A DNA stretch of 64,000 nucleotides from Mobula birostris (lineage: Eukaryota), in NCBI RefSeq assembly GCF_030028105.1, contig NC_092377.1, forward strand, positions 103,965,177 through 104,029,176, given 5' to 3'. Below the pieces are notes generated by a model. It was not told the origin of the DNA. It saw only the letters and a list, made by a program, of their open reading frames with translations, and searched no databases. Below, in pieces: positions 36,275 to 49,667 of the stretch. Every line of letters starts with the position of its first letter. The first letter of the stretch is position 1. Made by a program: the position numbers and the translations under genes.

Positions 36275-37572
36275 AGAAAGGATGTGCTGGCATTGGAGGG
36301 GTTCATGAGAATGATCTGGGGAGTGAAAGGTTAATGTATCAGGAGTGTTTGATAGCTCTGGGCACATACTCACTGGAATTTAGAAGACTGGGGGGTCTCA
36401 TTGAAACCTCTCAGCATTATAGTGGAGTAATGGAATTACAGAGGCATGAGAGAGGAGCTGGCCAAAGTTGATTAGAAAGGGACACTAGCAGGGATGAAGG
36501 CAGAACAGCCATGGCTGGAGTTTCTGGGAACAATTCAGAAGGCACAACTGTCGGTGACAAGCGAGTCAAAGACAGCAAAGAACTAAGGAAGAGCATATAA
36601 AATAGTAAAAATTAGAGCTAAGTTAGAGGATTTGAAAGCTTTTAAAAACCAACAGAAGGTAACTGAATAAGCCATAAGGAAAGAAGAGATGAAATATAAA
36701 GTTAGTCTAGCCATTCAAATAAAAGAGGATACAAAATTTTTTTCAGATTTGTAAAGAGTAAAAGAGAGGAGAAAGTGGATATCAGACCTCTGGACAATGA
36801 CCCTAGAGTGGTAGTAATGGGGGTATAGAAACGGCAATTGAACTTAGTAAGTATTTTGCATCATCCTTACTAAGGAAAATACTAGCAGTATGTCGGAAAT
36901 TTGAGAGTGACGTCAGGGATCAGAATAAAGTGTAGATGCTATTACTATGGAGAAGATGTTTGGAAGGCTGAAAGAGGCACTGAAGAGATTGTGGAGGCAT
37001 TGGTAGTGATATTTCAAGAATCACTACATTCTGGAATGGACCCAAAGGTTCTGAAGGTTGTAAATGTCACTCCACCCTTTCAGAAGGGAAAGGGTGGAAT
37101 AGAAGAACAGAAGAAAGGAATAGGCCAAAGTCAGCATGGTTTCCTTAAGGAGAAGCTTCGCCTGACAAATCTGTTGGAATTCTTTAAGAAATAACAGACA
37201 GGATAGACAAAGGAGAATCAATGGATGTTGTTCATTTAGATTTTTGGGAGGCTTTTGAGAAGGTGCTGTACATGAGGCAGCTTAACAAGACCCCATGGTT
37301 TTACAGGAAAGATTTTAACATGGAGAGAAGATCAGCTGATTGGCAGGAGGCAAAGAGTGGGAATAAAGGGGGTCTTATCTAGTTGACTATCAGCAACTAG
37401 TGCTGTCTGCAAGTTTTGGTGTTGAGATTTTCATGTTACGATATGGATGATGGAATTGATAGCTATGTGAGCAAGGCTGTGGATGACTTAAAGATAGGTG
37501 GAGAGGCAGGTGGTGTTCAGGAAGCAGGGACTCTGCAGAAGGCCTTAGACAGATTAGGAGAATGGGCAAAGT
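36275..37572 (+). mobile_element. Degenerate CR1 fragments
   Basis: EIVEALVVIFQES, QSQHGF, TNLLEFF remnants. Confidence 0.75.
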
Positions 37573-38493
37573 AGAGCCTGATGCACCACCCATAACCTGA
37601 TGGATTTTAAATAATAAAAGAAACAGTCATGTTCAGTGAAACAGTGTTCATAGTGATCGGTGACTCAATATGAGTATTTCTAATATCGAAGAACTAAATT
37701 TCAGTAACCCTGTGGGTCATGTTATATGAGCTCCCTGGCCTTGACACACAGTGGAAACATTCCAAAACCCCAACACCCCAAAGGACCCTGCGTGATTCAT
37801 GAAGCTCACCCCACACTTTTCTAAAGCTCAAAGAACTTCGGGGATTCTGTTGGTCCTGCTCCATATTTTATTTTTTTAAAATTATTTGCACGATCTGTTC
37901 TTTTTGCATGTTGGTTGTTTGTCTGCCTTTGTTGTGTATGGTTCTTCATAGATTCTATTGTTTACTTTGTGGGTGCCGATAAGATGAACTTTAAGATTAT
38001 ATCTGGTGTACAGATTTTGATATTTACCTTCACCATTAAACTTAATTCATACCGTCTGTACGATAACTGGATCAGGATCACGTGACGGCTTCTACTCACT
38101 CACATTGAATTATTTACTTTCTGTTCTATGAAATTATTTTCCTCCTGGAGGACTTTTCAAATGTCACGATCTCGGCGGTCTGGCGCTTTTCCCCTTGACA
38201 CCTGTTCATTGGTGAATGAGGCTGGTCTCTGTCAGGATTTCTCATTTACCAATCAGAATAGGCGATTTGCTGCCAATCAAGCGCCACTCGGCATTGGGTC
38301 AGGAAGTACAGACGTCGGCGGGATATTAATTTTCGGTAAAATGAAACTATCCGGGAACGGGAGGGAGTCCGCTCTGTGCACAGATAAATGTAGATTATTT
38401 TAGGGGAGGAAATGCGATTTAGACCAAGAGTCGAAGTCGCTTGTCTACCACAGACACTTTGAACGGAAATGCCCCGGACTCACCCAGTCGGTG

Positions 38494-38540
38494 CTCAGCC
38501 CTTTCACAGACAATCTGAGTGGCTCTGAAAAGAGCCTTTG
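38494..38540 (-). terminator. Histone 3' stem-loop + HDE (H2A copy 1)
   Basis: Minus GGCTCTTTTCAGAGCC 38521-38536, then ACTCA and purine-rich AAAGGGCTG. Confidence 0.93.
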
Positions 38541-38566
38541 GGTTTTTAAATTGTCGTTTTATGTCT

Positions 38567-39150
<584 letters not shown>

Positions 39151-39232
39151 CTGTCACTCCTCAAAAAGACATGAAAGTTGAACAAACTTCAAAGTATATT
39201 TATTATCAAAGTATGTATACTACATACAGCCT

Positions 39233-41859
39233 TAGGGGTGGCCACTTCCAAATTTCCAAAAAGGAGGACATTGCATACGTGGTCATAGGTTACCAAATAT
39301 ATACAGTGCATTTAAAAAACATTTATTTCTTATAAAAAATTTAAACCATACTGCAAAAACAAATGCAAACAGATAACTTTAGTTATTTTATTAAATAAAA
39401 ATTCTAACATGATACTTTTTTTGCCTATATAAATCCAGCAAAACTTAGCTATTTCATGATTAATCAGTGATTTTCTGCCAGATCCCTTTTTCCTATTCAA
39501 TGATTCATCATTCTGCATATTACATACAGTATAAATAAAGAACTGAAAGAAATGAATATTCATTTTTACTCCTGCTGAAGCAGATATGCTAACCAAATTA
39601 ACTTACTTCACAAACTAAAGGAAGTAGCCTACTTAGGCCTACCCTGGACTGCCAGGTATGGATGTCTATTTTTTGTATTTTTGCCCTTTACTTGCTATCT
39701 CCAGGAGTTCTCTGTTGGCCAGGAGTTTTTTGTACATGCCTGGGCACTCTTCTGAGAAGTTATATTTGGAGCTCTGCTTTGATTGAGTCCACTTGCAAAC
39801 GTTTTCTCTCGTTTCTCCAAGCTGAGGTCATCATTGAAAAAACTCATTCTGTGTGAGCATTGCTGCATGGAAAAGAGAAGATATAAACACTCACCTTCTT
39901 CAGGTTTGTAAAGGAGACCTCAGATTTACTGAACAGCTTGAGATAACGTTCTTCACTGTGGCTATCTACCATCTCAGGAGTATTGATAATTGCCTCCACA
40001 ATCCCATACTCTTCATATAATTCATCCATATTAATATCTTGAAGGTTACAGGCCTTCACTGCATCACAGAATTCTCCAAAAGGTATTGCATGTGTTAGGC
40101 TCAATTTTGACACTTTGTTATGAAAGCTGTTTTCAGAGAAGTCATACCTGTCACTTAAGTACTTTATGACTCCTTCATAGAAAACAATGAAGTCTACTTC
40201 ACATTTCTTAGACACATCAAGGATAAGCTGGCTAAGCTTGGTGTTCACTGAAAAGCCAAAAAAAAAACAGTCCTTTACTCTTCTCTCAAGTTTGCATTTC
40301 AGTTCAGCCATTAGCTTAAGTACTGAAATTATGCTGAATGACTTGGCTTCTAGTGTTTCAATAGTGTCTGAGAACAATTTAAGAGCATGACTGAGGAAGA
40401 AACAGATCTCTGACAATTCACAGGCATTTCCTTCATCTTCAAAGCACTTCCACAGTACCTTGAGGCAATCCTCCTCACCTAGACTCTGAAAATAACTTCG
40501 TAGGACTTCCCAGCTCTTAAATATTCTGTTAATAGATGGCAAAGGAGAAAGCAATCTAGTTACAACATGCTGTAACAGATTACAATTATCAACATCCACG
40601 AATCCACAGAATTCCTTTAACTGTGCTGTTCTTTTAGCTGAGATGCTGAAATGGTTATACACTTTGAGCACAATATTTTCAACATCAATTTCCAGTTTTC
40701 CTGTAGCAAATCTTGTTGCATTGTATAAAATATGGACCAGACAATTTGCAGCAATAATGTTCTTTTGAGCCATTTTCAGTTTTTGATAAACACTGTTGTG
40801 TTTTCCATGGTTTACACTTGCATTGTGAGCAGTGTATGCAGACACTTTATTCAGATCCAGACCTGACGTCTCTGGTTTAACCAGTGGCTGATTTGTTATG
40901 TCCCCCTGATGATTCATTGGTACTGTATCGCTGTAAAACTCAAGTAACACATGTTGCACTCCCTTCTCAGGGTGAAAGTATCTCAGAAGTATTGGGAAAC
41001 ACTTTGTTGCACCTTTGTTTGAAGTATCATTTGCTACTGAAAAAGGCAAGCCATGTTCTTTGATATACTCCACATGGTTTTGTACAGAATACAGTGCTAG
41101 AATATTTTCACAATGCTTTTGCTTTAGTTTTACCACATGTTACACCTTTCACTATCAATGAGTCACTGTACAGGTATATTTCTTTGTCAACTTTTACTCC
41201 ACAATCAACACTTCTGTATGACTGATGATGCTTCACAGCATGATAAACTTCACACAGTTCTGCAGCCAAGACTGTGTCATCCTGAGTTGATCGAGCTGGG
41301 GAGAAAAATGATAACAGTGATGATGTACCAGCAGTACGAGCGTTAACTTTATGTTTATCTGTGGTAGCATGTCGTTCAACTGCACTTCTTCCCTTACTGT
41401 CAATCTCCACATCACAACGGCATAGTGTACAAAAAACATGAAGGACATCTTTTCTGCTTTTAGCAATAAATCCAAATTCTTTGGCCCATTCATGGTTAAA
41501 TATAGTCCTTTTTTTCAGCCTTTCTTTAGGGGCTTGAAACAAGAACAAAAAAGTCAACCACTCTCCACTGCAGCCTTGGGCGGACTGACCCCTCAGACGT
41601 GTTGACGTCACGTGACGCGTACGCTGCGGCTCATCAGCAGTGTTGACAACAGCAACTACATCTAATAAAAATATGTTAACGCTTGTTACAGCTTTCAGTT
41701 CCCACTGTTTTAGTATATCTGAGGTAATTTATATAAGTCTTTTAGTCAGACCCAAAAAAGGAGGACAAGTGAACGTCCGGCTCGAGGTGGCGCCGGACGG
41801 AGGACAGAGTGTTCAAAAGCCGGACTGCCTGGCCTAAAGCTGGACGTCTAGCCTCCCTA
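39233..41859 (-). mobile_element. hAT DNA transposon (Blackjack/Tip100-like TAGGG ends), near full length
   Basis: Ends TAGGGGTGGCCA / (rc) TAGGGAGGCTAG; imperfect 8-bp TSD TACAGCCT/CACAGTCT; subterminal ccaaaaaggaggaca at both ends; transposase inside. Confidence 0.88.
39640..41540 (-). pseudogene. hAT transposase, frameshifted
   Basis: Zn finger FCTLC...H...KH (ORF 41108-41611); core DTSN, CLVH, TRLLS; PCSNAHTE/VFS dimerisation motif broken at ~39844. Confidence 0.85.
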
Positions 41860-42419
41860 CACAGTCTTAAGATTCATCTCCTCAGAAGCAGTCACAAAAC
41901 AAAAGAAACCCAACAGACTCATTAAAAATACTCTAAACACACAATGTGTATAAATGAACAAATAGTGCAAACAATTGAAAGTAAGCAAAAAATACTCAGA
42001 ACAAAAGTTCAAGAAAGTGTGTTCACATTCATGAAGCCAGTCATAGCTGGTCCAGGAGCCTGTTAGTGTCAGGCCACAGCCTCAGATCTGCACAGAGATG
42101 TGTAAACCTCACCGAGCACCTCCCTCACCCTGGTCCTGACAGACTGACCTTTTCAATCTGGCCTCGTGCTTAAATCAACCAAATTCGGCCCATTCCTCAT
42201 TCTCGGACCTGGGCCCTGCTGCTTCAGTACAACTCTTCGGCCCTGCACCACCAAAGGAAATATAAAATTGCACAACAGACCAACAGAAAGCAATTAGAAA
42301 TTTCTGTGTGAACATGGTCAGTCATGTAATCCTGGTTACTGTCCACAGAGAAAGTGAATTAATTCTACCATAAGTGCCATTGGGATTGTGTCCTTCTTTG
42401 TGAAACTTGGTGCTTGGGA

Positions 42420-43592
42420 GGCTAAAAAGTCTGAATGTGGAGAAGTCACCTGAACCAGATGGACTACAGCCACAGCTCTGAAAGAAGAGCCTGAAAAGAT
42501 TGTGGAGGCATTTGTATAAATATTTCAAAAACTACTAGATTCTGGAATGGTTCCGTAGGACTGGAAAACTGCAAATGTCACTCCACACTTTCAGAAAGGA
42601 TGGAGACAGAAGAAAGGAAACTATAGGCCAGTTAGTCTGGTTGGGAAGATGTTGGAATCAATTATTAAGGGAGAGGTCTCAGGATACGTGGAGGCACATG
42701 ATAAAATAGGCTGCAGTGAGTGTGGTTTCCTCAAGGGAAAATCTTGTCTGACAAATCTGTTGGAACTTTTTAAGAGTTAACAGGCAGGATAGACAAAGGA
42801 GAATCTATGGATGTTGTTTACTCAGATTTTTGGATGGCCTTTGACAAGGTGCTGCACATGAGGCTGCTTAACAACATAAAAGCCCATGGTACTACGGGAA
42901 AGATTCAAGCATGGATAGAGGATTACCTGACTGGCAGGAGGCAAAGAATGAGAATAAAGGGGGTCTTTTCTGGTTGGCTACCCATGACTAGTGGTGTCTG
43001 CAGGGGTTGCTGTTGAGAACACTGCTTTTCACGTTATATGTTAACGATTTGGATGATGGAATTGATGGCTCTGTGGAGAAGGATGTTGATGATACAGAGG
43101 TAGGTGGAGGGGCAGATGGTGTTGAGGAAGCAGGGAGGCTGCGGACGGCCTTACATGGATTGGAAGATTGGGAAAAGAAGTGCCTGATGGAATACAGTAT
43201 AGGGAAGTGTATGGTCATACACATTACTAGAAGGAATAAAGGCATAACTATTTTCTAAATGGAAGGAAATTCAGAAATCAGAGGTACAAAGGCTCTTGGT
43301 AGTTCTCACTTAAAGTCCCTAAATGTTAACCTGCAGAATGAGTCATTGGTAAGGAAGGCAAATGGGATGTTAGCATTCATTTTGAGAGAACTAGAATATA
43401 AAAGCAAAGATGCAATGCTAAGACGTAATAAGGCATTGGTCAGAGCATACTTTAAATAATAGAGCAGTTCTGGTCTTATTATTTAAGAGAGTATACGCTG
43501 GCACAGTCTCAGAATAGAGGGGTGTCCATTTAGAACAGAGGTAAAGAATTTGAGAAAGAATGACAAAGAATTTCTGCAGCTCGAGGGTGGTG
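42420..43592 (+). mobile_element. Degenerate CR1 (unit 1; paralogues ~51130-52340 and ~59480-60668)
   Basis: MDVVYSDF.MAFDKV RT remnants, same defects in all three units. Confidence 0.85.
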
Positions 43593-43995
43593 ACTAAGTC
43601 CACACCACAATGCCTTTCTCTTCAGTGAATACAGCAGAGAACTATCCATTTCAGTCCACACCCTCTGGTTTCACTACAGGAAAGTTAAAACAGTGTCTGA
43701 GAATTCAAAGTTCTGCTTGTGTGTCAGGCAGCCCTTCCATCATTCCATATTGCGTAATATATGAAATTTATTACATTTTCTCTCATATAATAGTTGTATT
43801 TTTCCTTACAATCCCCTTATAGCTTATCTTTAAGCATTGTTAATTAGCCAGAGGCAGCTAAATTCAGGGTCTTGAAATTATGAATAGTTAAATGTTATTG
43901 CATTTTTGTGAAACATGCTATTAAGATTTTTGATGTGAATGCTGTAGGTATGTTGTTTAATAGTTCTGAAGGAGCAGTGTGCTCTGCTGATAATG

Positions 43996-46235
43996 TACTC
44001 CAAGTGGGGTCTGACCAGGTTCCTAGATAGCTGCAATATTACCTCTTGACCTTTCAACTCAATCCCACAATTGTGAAGGCTGCTACACCGTATGCCTTCT
44101 AAACCACAGAGTCAACCTGCATAGCAGCTTTGAGTGTCCTATGGACTCAGACCCCAAGATCCCTCTGATCCTCCACACTGCCAAGAGTCTTACCATTAAT
44201 GCTATCTTCTGCCATCATATTTGACCTACCAAAATGAACCACCTCACACTTATCTGGGTTGAACTCCATCTGCCACTTCTCAGCCCAGTTTTGCATCCTA
44301 TCAATGTCCCACTGTAACCCCTGACAGCCCTCCACACAATCCACAAGACCCCCAACCTTTGTGTATTCAGCCAAATTTACTTACCCATTCTTCCATTTAC
44401 TCATCCAGGTCATTTATAAAAATCTTGAAGAGCAGGGGTCCCAGAACAGATCCCTGAGGCACACCACTGGTCACCAGACACCATGCAGAATATGACCCAT
44501 CTACAACCACTCTTTGCCTTCTGTGGGCAAGCCAGTCCTGGATCCACAAAGAAATGTCCCCTAGGACCCCATGCCTCCGTACTTTCTCAATAAGCCTTGC
44601 ATGGGGTACCTTATCAAATGCCCTGCTGAAATCCATATACACAACATCTACCGCTCTTCCTTCATTAATGTGTTTAATCACATCCTGAAAAAATTCAATC
44701 AGGCTCGTAAGGCACGACCTACCTTTGACAAAGCCATGCTGACTATTTCTAATCATATTATGCCTCTCCAAATGTTCATAAATCCTGCCTCTCAGGATCT
44801 TCTCCCTCCACTTACCAATCACTGAAGTAAGATTCACTGGTCTATAATTTCCTGGGCTATCCCTATTCCCTTTCTTGAATAAAGAAACATCCACAACCCT
44901 CCAACACTCCGGAACCTCTCCCGTCCTCACTGATGATGCAAAGATCATTGCCAGAGGCTCAGCAATCTCCTCCCTCACTTCCCATAGTAGCCTGGGGTAC
45001 ATCCCATCCGGTCCCAGTGATTTATCCAACTTGATGCTTTCCAAAAGCTTCAGCACATCCTCTTCCTTAATGTCTGTATGCTCAAGCTTTTCAGTCCGCT
45101 GTAAGTCATCCCTACAATTGCCAAGATCCTCTTCCATAGTGAATACTGAAACAAAGAAGTCATTAAGTACCTCTGCAATTTCCTCTGGTTCCATACACAC
45201 TTTTACACTGTTACACTTGATTGGTCCTATTCTCTCACATCTTATCCTCTTGCTCTTCACATACTTGTAGAATGCCTTTGGGTTTTCCTTAAGCATGTCT
45301 GCCAAGGCCTTCTCATGGCCTCTTCTGGCGCTCCTAATTTCATTCTTAAGCTCCTTCCTGCTAGCCTTTTAATCTTCTAGATTCCTCTCATTACCTTGTT
45401 TTTTGAACCTTTCATAAGCTCTTTTCTCTTGACTAGATTTACAACAGCCTTTGTACATCACAGATCTTGTACCCTACCATCCTTTCCAAGTCTCATTGCA
45501 ACGTACCTCTTCAGAACTCCATGCAAATATCCTCTGAACATTTGCCATATCTCTTCCATACATTTCCCTGAGAACATCTGTTTCCAATTTATGCTTCCAA
45601 GTTCCTGCCTGATAGCCTTATATTTCCCCTTACTCCAATTAAAAGTTTCCCTAACTTGTCTGTTCCTATCCCTCTCCAATGCTATGGTAAAGTGATAGAA
45701 TTGTGATCGCTATCTCCAAAATGCTCTCCTACTGAGAGACCGGACACCTGACCAGGTTCATTTTCTAAAACCTGATCAAGTACAGCCTCTCCTCTTGTAG
45801 GCTTATCTACATATTGTGTCAAGAAACCTTTCTGAACGCACCTAACAAACTCCACCCTGTCTAAACCCCTCACTCTAGGGAGACGCAAATCAATATTTGG
45901 GAAATTAAAATCTCTCATCACAACAACCCTGTTATTATTACTCCTTTCCAGAATCTGTCTCCATATCTGCTCCTCGATGTACCTGTTACTATAGGGTGGT
46001 CTATAAAAAATCCAGTAGAGTTATTGACCCCCTCCTATTCCTAACTTCCACCCACAGAGACTCCATAGACAACACCTCCATGACTTCCTCCTTTTCTGCA
46101 GCCATGACACTATCTCTGATCAACAGTGCATGCCCCCAGCTCTTCTGCCTCCCCCCGTCTGTTCTGAAACATCTAAAGCCTGGCACTTGAAGTAACCATT
46201 TCTGCCCCTGAGCCATCCAAGTCTCTGTAATGGCC
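43996..46235 (-). mobile_element. CR1 ORF2 fragment (unit 1; paralogue ~52733-55007)
   Basis: ORF 44397-45305 RT; endonuclease pieces. Confidence 0.9.
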
Positions 46236-47581
46236 TTCGAAACAGTGTTTGGGAACTGGAGCTGCAGGTCTATGACCTCTGGCTTGTTCAGGAAATTGAA
46301 GCAGTGATAGATATGAGCTACAGGAGACAGGAAAATGGGTGACTCTCAGGAGAGGGAAGGGGGAATGTCAGATAGTAGAGAGTACACCTGTGGTCATCCG
46401 ACTCAAGAATTAGTACTCCATTTTGAGTACTTTTGTTGGGGACGGCCTACCTGGGGGAAAGAACAGTAGCCGTGCTTCTGGCACCAAGTGTGGCCCTGTG
46501 GCTCAGAAGGGTAGGGAACTGAAGAGGATGGCAGCAGTAATAGGGGACTCTATAGTCGGGGACACATAGGCTGTTCTGTGGACACTAAGTGGAAATGCAG
46601 AGGATAGTTTTCCTCCCAGGAGCCAGTGTTCAAGTTGTTTCTGGATGTGTCCACAGTATGCTGAAAAAGGAGGGTGAGCAGCCAGAAGTCGTGGTACATT
46701 CCGATAGAAAAAGGGAGAAACTCCTCAATAGAAGGATATAGGGAGTTAGAAAAGAAACTGAGAAGCAGGACATCAAGGGTAGAAATCTCAGGATTGCTGC
46801 CTGTGCCATGCGACACTGAGTATAGGAATAGAATAAGATGGCAGATAAATGCATAGCTGTTGAATTAGAACAAGGTGAATGAACTCATGGCACCGATTAG
46901 AGACTGGTTGGTATAACATTCTGGGCATCACTGAGTCATGGTTGAAAGAAAGCATGAACCTCAAAGGATATACTGATGGAATTACATCTTTAGAAAGAGG
47001 TGACAGAGTCAGAGAATGCTGAATTTTGTGGGTGGAGTTAAGAAGTTGAAAGGGTAAAGAAACCATGATGGGAATTATATAGTAACTAATAGCGGGGTTA
47101 AGATTGCAAAGTGAGCTGGAAAAGGCATGTAATAAGATTATCGACACAATTGTAATGGGGGAGTTCAGTATGCAAGGGGATTGGGAAATTCAGGTTGATG
47201 TTGGGTCCCAAGAGAGGGAATTTGTTGAATGCCAGTGAGATGGCTTTTTAGAGCAGCTTGTGCCTGAGCCTCCTTGGGGAAGAGCTATCTCAGACTGGGT
47301 GTTATTTAATAGCCTAGATCTAGGAGGGTAGACTAGCCAATAATATAAAGCAGGATACCAGAATTTTTTTTCAGTTATATAGAGAGTAAAAGGAAAGTTA
47401 GAGTTGATATTAGACCAATGGAAAATGATGCTGGTGAGGTAGTAATGGGGGACAAAGAAATGGCAGATGAATGTAATAAACGCAAACAGCAGGAATTCTG
47501 CAGATGCTGGAAATTCAAGTAACACACATCAAAGTTGCTGGTGAACGCAGCAGGCCAGGCAGCATCTCTAGGAAGAGGTCC

Positions 47582-48028
47582 TCCCCATCCCTCCCCACTG
47601 ATCTCCCTCCTGGCACTTATCCGTGTAAGCGGAACAAGTGCTACACGTGCCCTTACACTTCCTCCCTTACCACCATTCAGGGCCCCAAACAGTCCTTCCA
47701 GGTGAGGCGACACTTCACCTGTGAGTTAGCTGGGGTGATACACTGTGTCTGGTGCTCCTGATGTGGCCTTTTATATATTGGCGAGACCCGACGCAGACTG
47801 GGAGACCGCTTTGCTGAACATCTACGCTCTGTCCGCCAGGGAAAGCAGGATCTCCCAGTGGCCACACATTTTAATTCCACATCCCATTCCCATTCTGACA
47901 TGTCTATCCACGGCCTCCTCTACTGTAAAGATGAAGCCACACTCAGGTTGGAGGAACAACACCTTATATTCCGTCTGGGTAGCCCCCAACCTGATGGCAT
48001 GAACATTGACTTCTCTAACTTCCGCTAA
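47582..48028 (+). pseudogene. Penelope GIY-YIG endonuclease fragment
   Basis: PCKRNKCYTC...FTC...VIHCVWCS*CGLLYIGETRRRLGDRFAEH...VATHFN...GMNIDF; one TGA at 47759-61. Confidence 0.88.
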
Positions 48029-48314
48029 TGCCCCACCTCCCCCTCGCACCTCATCTGTTACTTATTTTTATACACACATTCTTTATCTCACTCTCCTTTT
48101 TGTCCCTCTGACTATACCCCTTGCCCATCCTCTGGGTTCCTCCCCCCCTTGTCTTTCTTCCCGGACCTCCTGTCCCATGATCCTCTCGTATCCGTTTTGC
48201 CTATCACCTGTCCAGCTCTTGGCTCCATCCCTCCCCCTCCTGTCTTCTCCTATCATCTTGGATCTCCCCCTCCCCCTCCCACTTTCAAATCCCTTACTCA
48301 CTCTTCCTTCAGTT

Positions 48315-48350
48315 AGTCCTGATGAAGGGTCTCGGCCTGAAACGTCGACT
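48315..48350 (+). ncRNA. Minimal type I hammerhead ribozyme (Penelope pLTR)
   Basis: AGTC-CTGATGA-AGGGTCTCGGCCT-GAAA-C-GTC^GACT: full core, stem I AGTC/GACT, palindromic ACGT stem III. Confidence 0.8.
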
Positions 48351-48856
48351 GTACCTCTTCCTACAGATAATGCCTGGCCTGCTGCGTTCACCAGCAACGT
48401 AGATGAATATAATTGGTACTTTACATCTGTCTTGACTGTGGAAGACGCTAGCAGTGTGCCATAGTTCTGTAAGTGTCAGGGAGCAGGAGTGAGTGCCAGT
48501 GCTATTACAAAGGAAAAAGTGCAAGGCAATCTCAAAGGTGGAAGGCTGGATAAGTCACCTGGCGCTTTTCCCCTTGACTCCTGTTCTTTGGTGAATGAGG
48601 CCGTTCTCTGATCGGGATTTCACATTTACTAATCAGAATAGGCGATTTACTGCGCCACTCTGCATTAAGTCAAGTCGAGACGACGGCGGAAAAAAATCTT
48701 AATTTTCGATAAAATGAAACTATCCGGGAATGGGAGAGAGTCCGCTCGTTGCAGCGATAAATGTAGATTATTTTAGGGGAGGAAAAGCGATTTAGACCAA
48801 GAGTCGAAGACGCTTGTCTCCGACAGACACTTTGAAAGCAAATCCCCCAGCCGGTG

Positions 48857-48902
48857 CTCAGCCCTTCCACAGACAATCTGAGTGGCTCTGAAAAGAGCCT
48901 TT
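48857..48902 (-). terminator. Histone stem-loop + HDE (H2A copy 2)
   Basis: Stem-loop 48884-48899. Confidence 0.93.
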
Positions 48903-48930
48903 GGGTTTTTTAATTGTCGCTTTTATCTCT

Positions 48931-49518
<588 letters not shown>

Positions 49519-49667
49519 TCACTCCCCAGAAGGAAATGAAATTTGAAAAACTTCAAAATATATTTACTATCAAAGTATGTATACTACATACACTCATCAC
49601 CTCAGAGGCAGTCACGAAACAAAAGAAACCCAATAGAACTCACTAAAAATACTCAAACCACCCAATG

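Larger units (their letters stand above)
47480..48400 (+). mobile_element. 5'-truncated Penelope-like element with inverted 5' end
   Basis: GIY-YIG endonuclease C-terminus; 47530-47580 is an inverted copy of 48352-48398; flanked by agatgaatgtaat/agatgaatataat. Confidence 0.9.
46240..48558 (+). mobile_element. Degenerate CR1 with ORF1 esterase remnant, interrupted by Penelope (paralogue ~55010-56380)
   Basis: AVIGDSIV at ~46535; SGLLPVP; GITESWL; ends at gataagtcacctgg (DKSPG). Confidence 0.75.
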
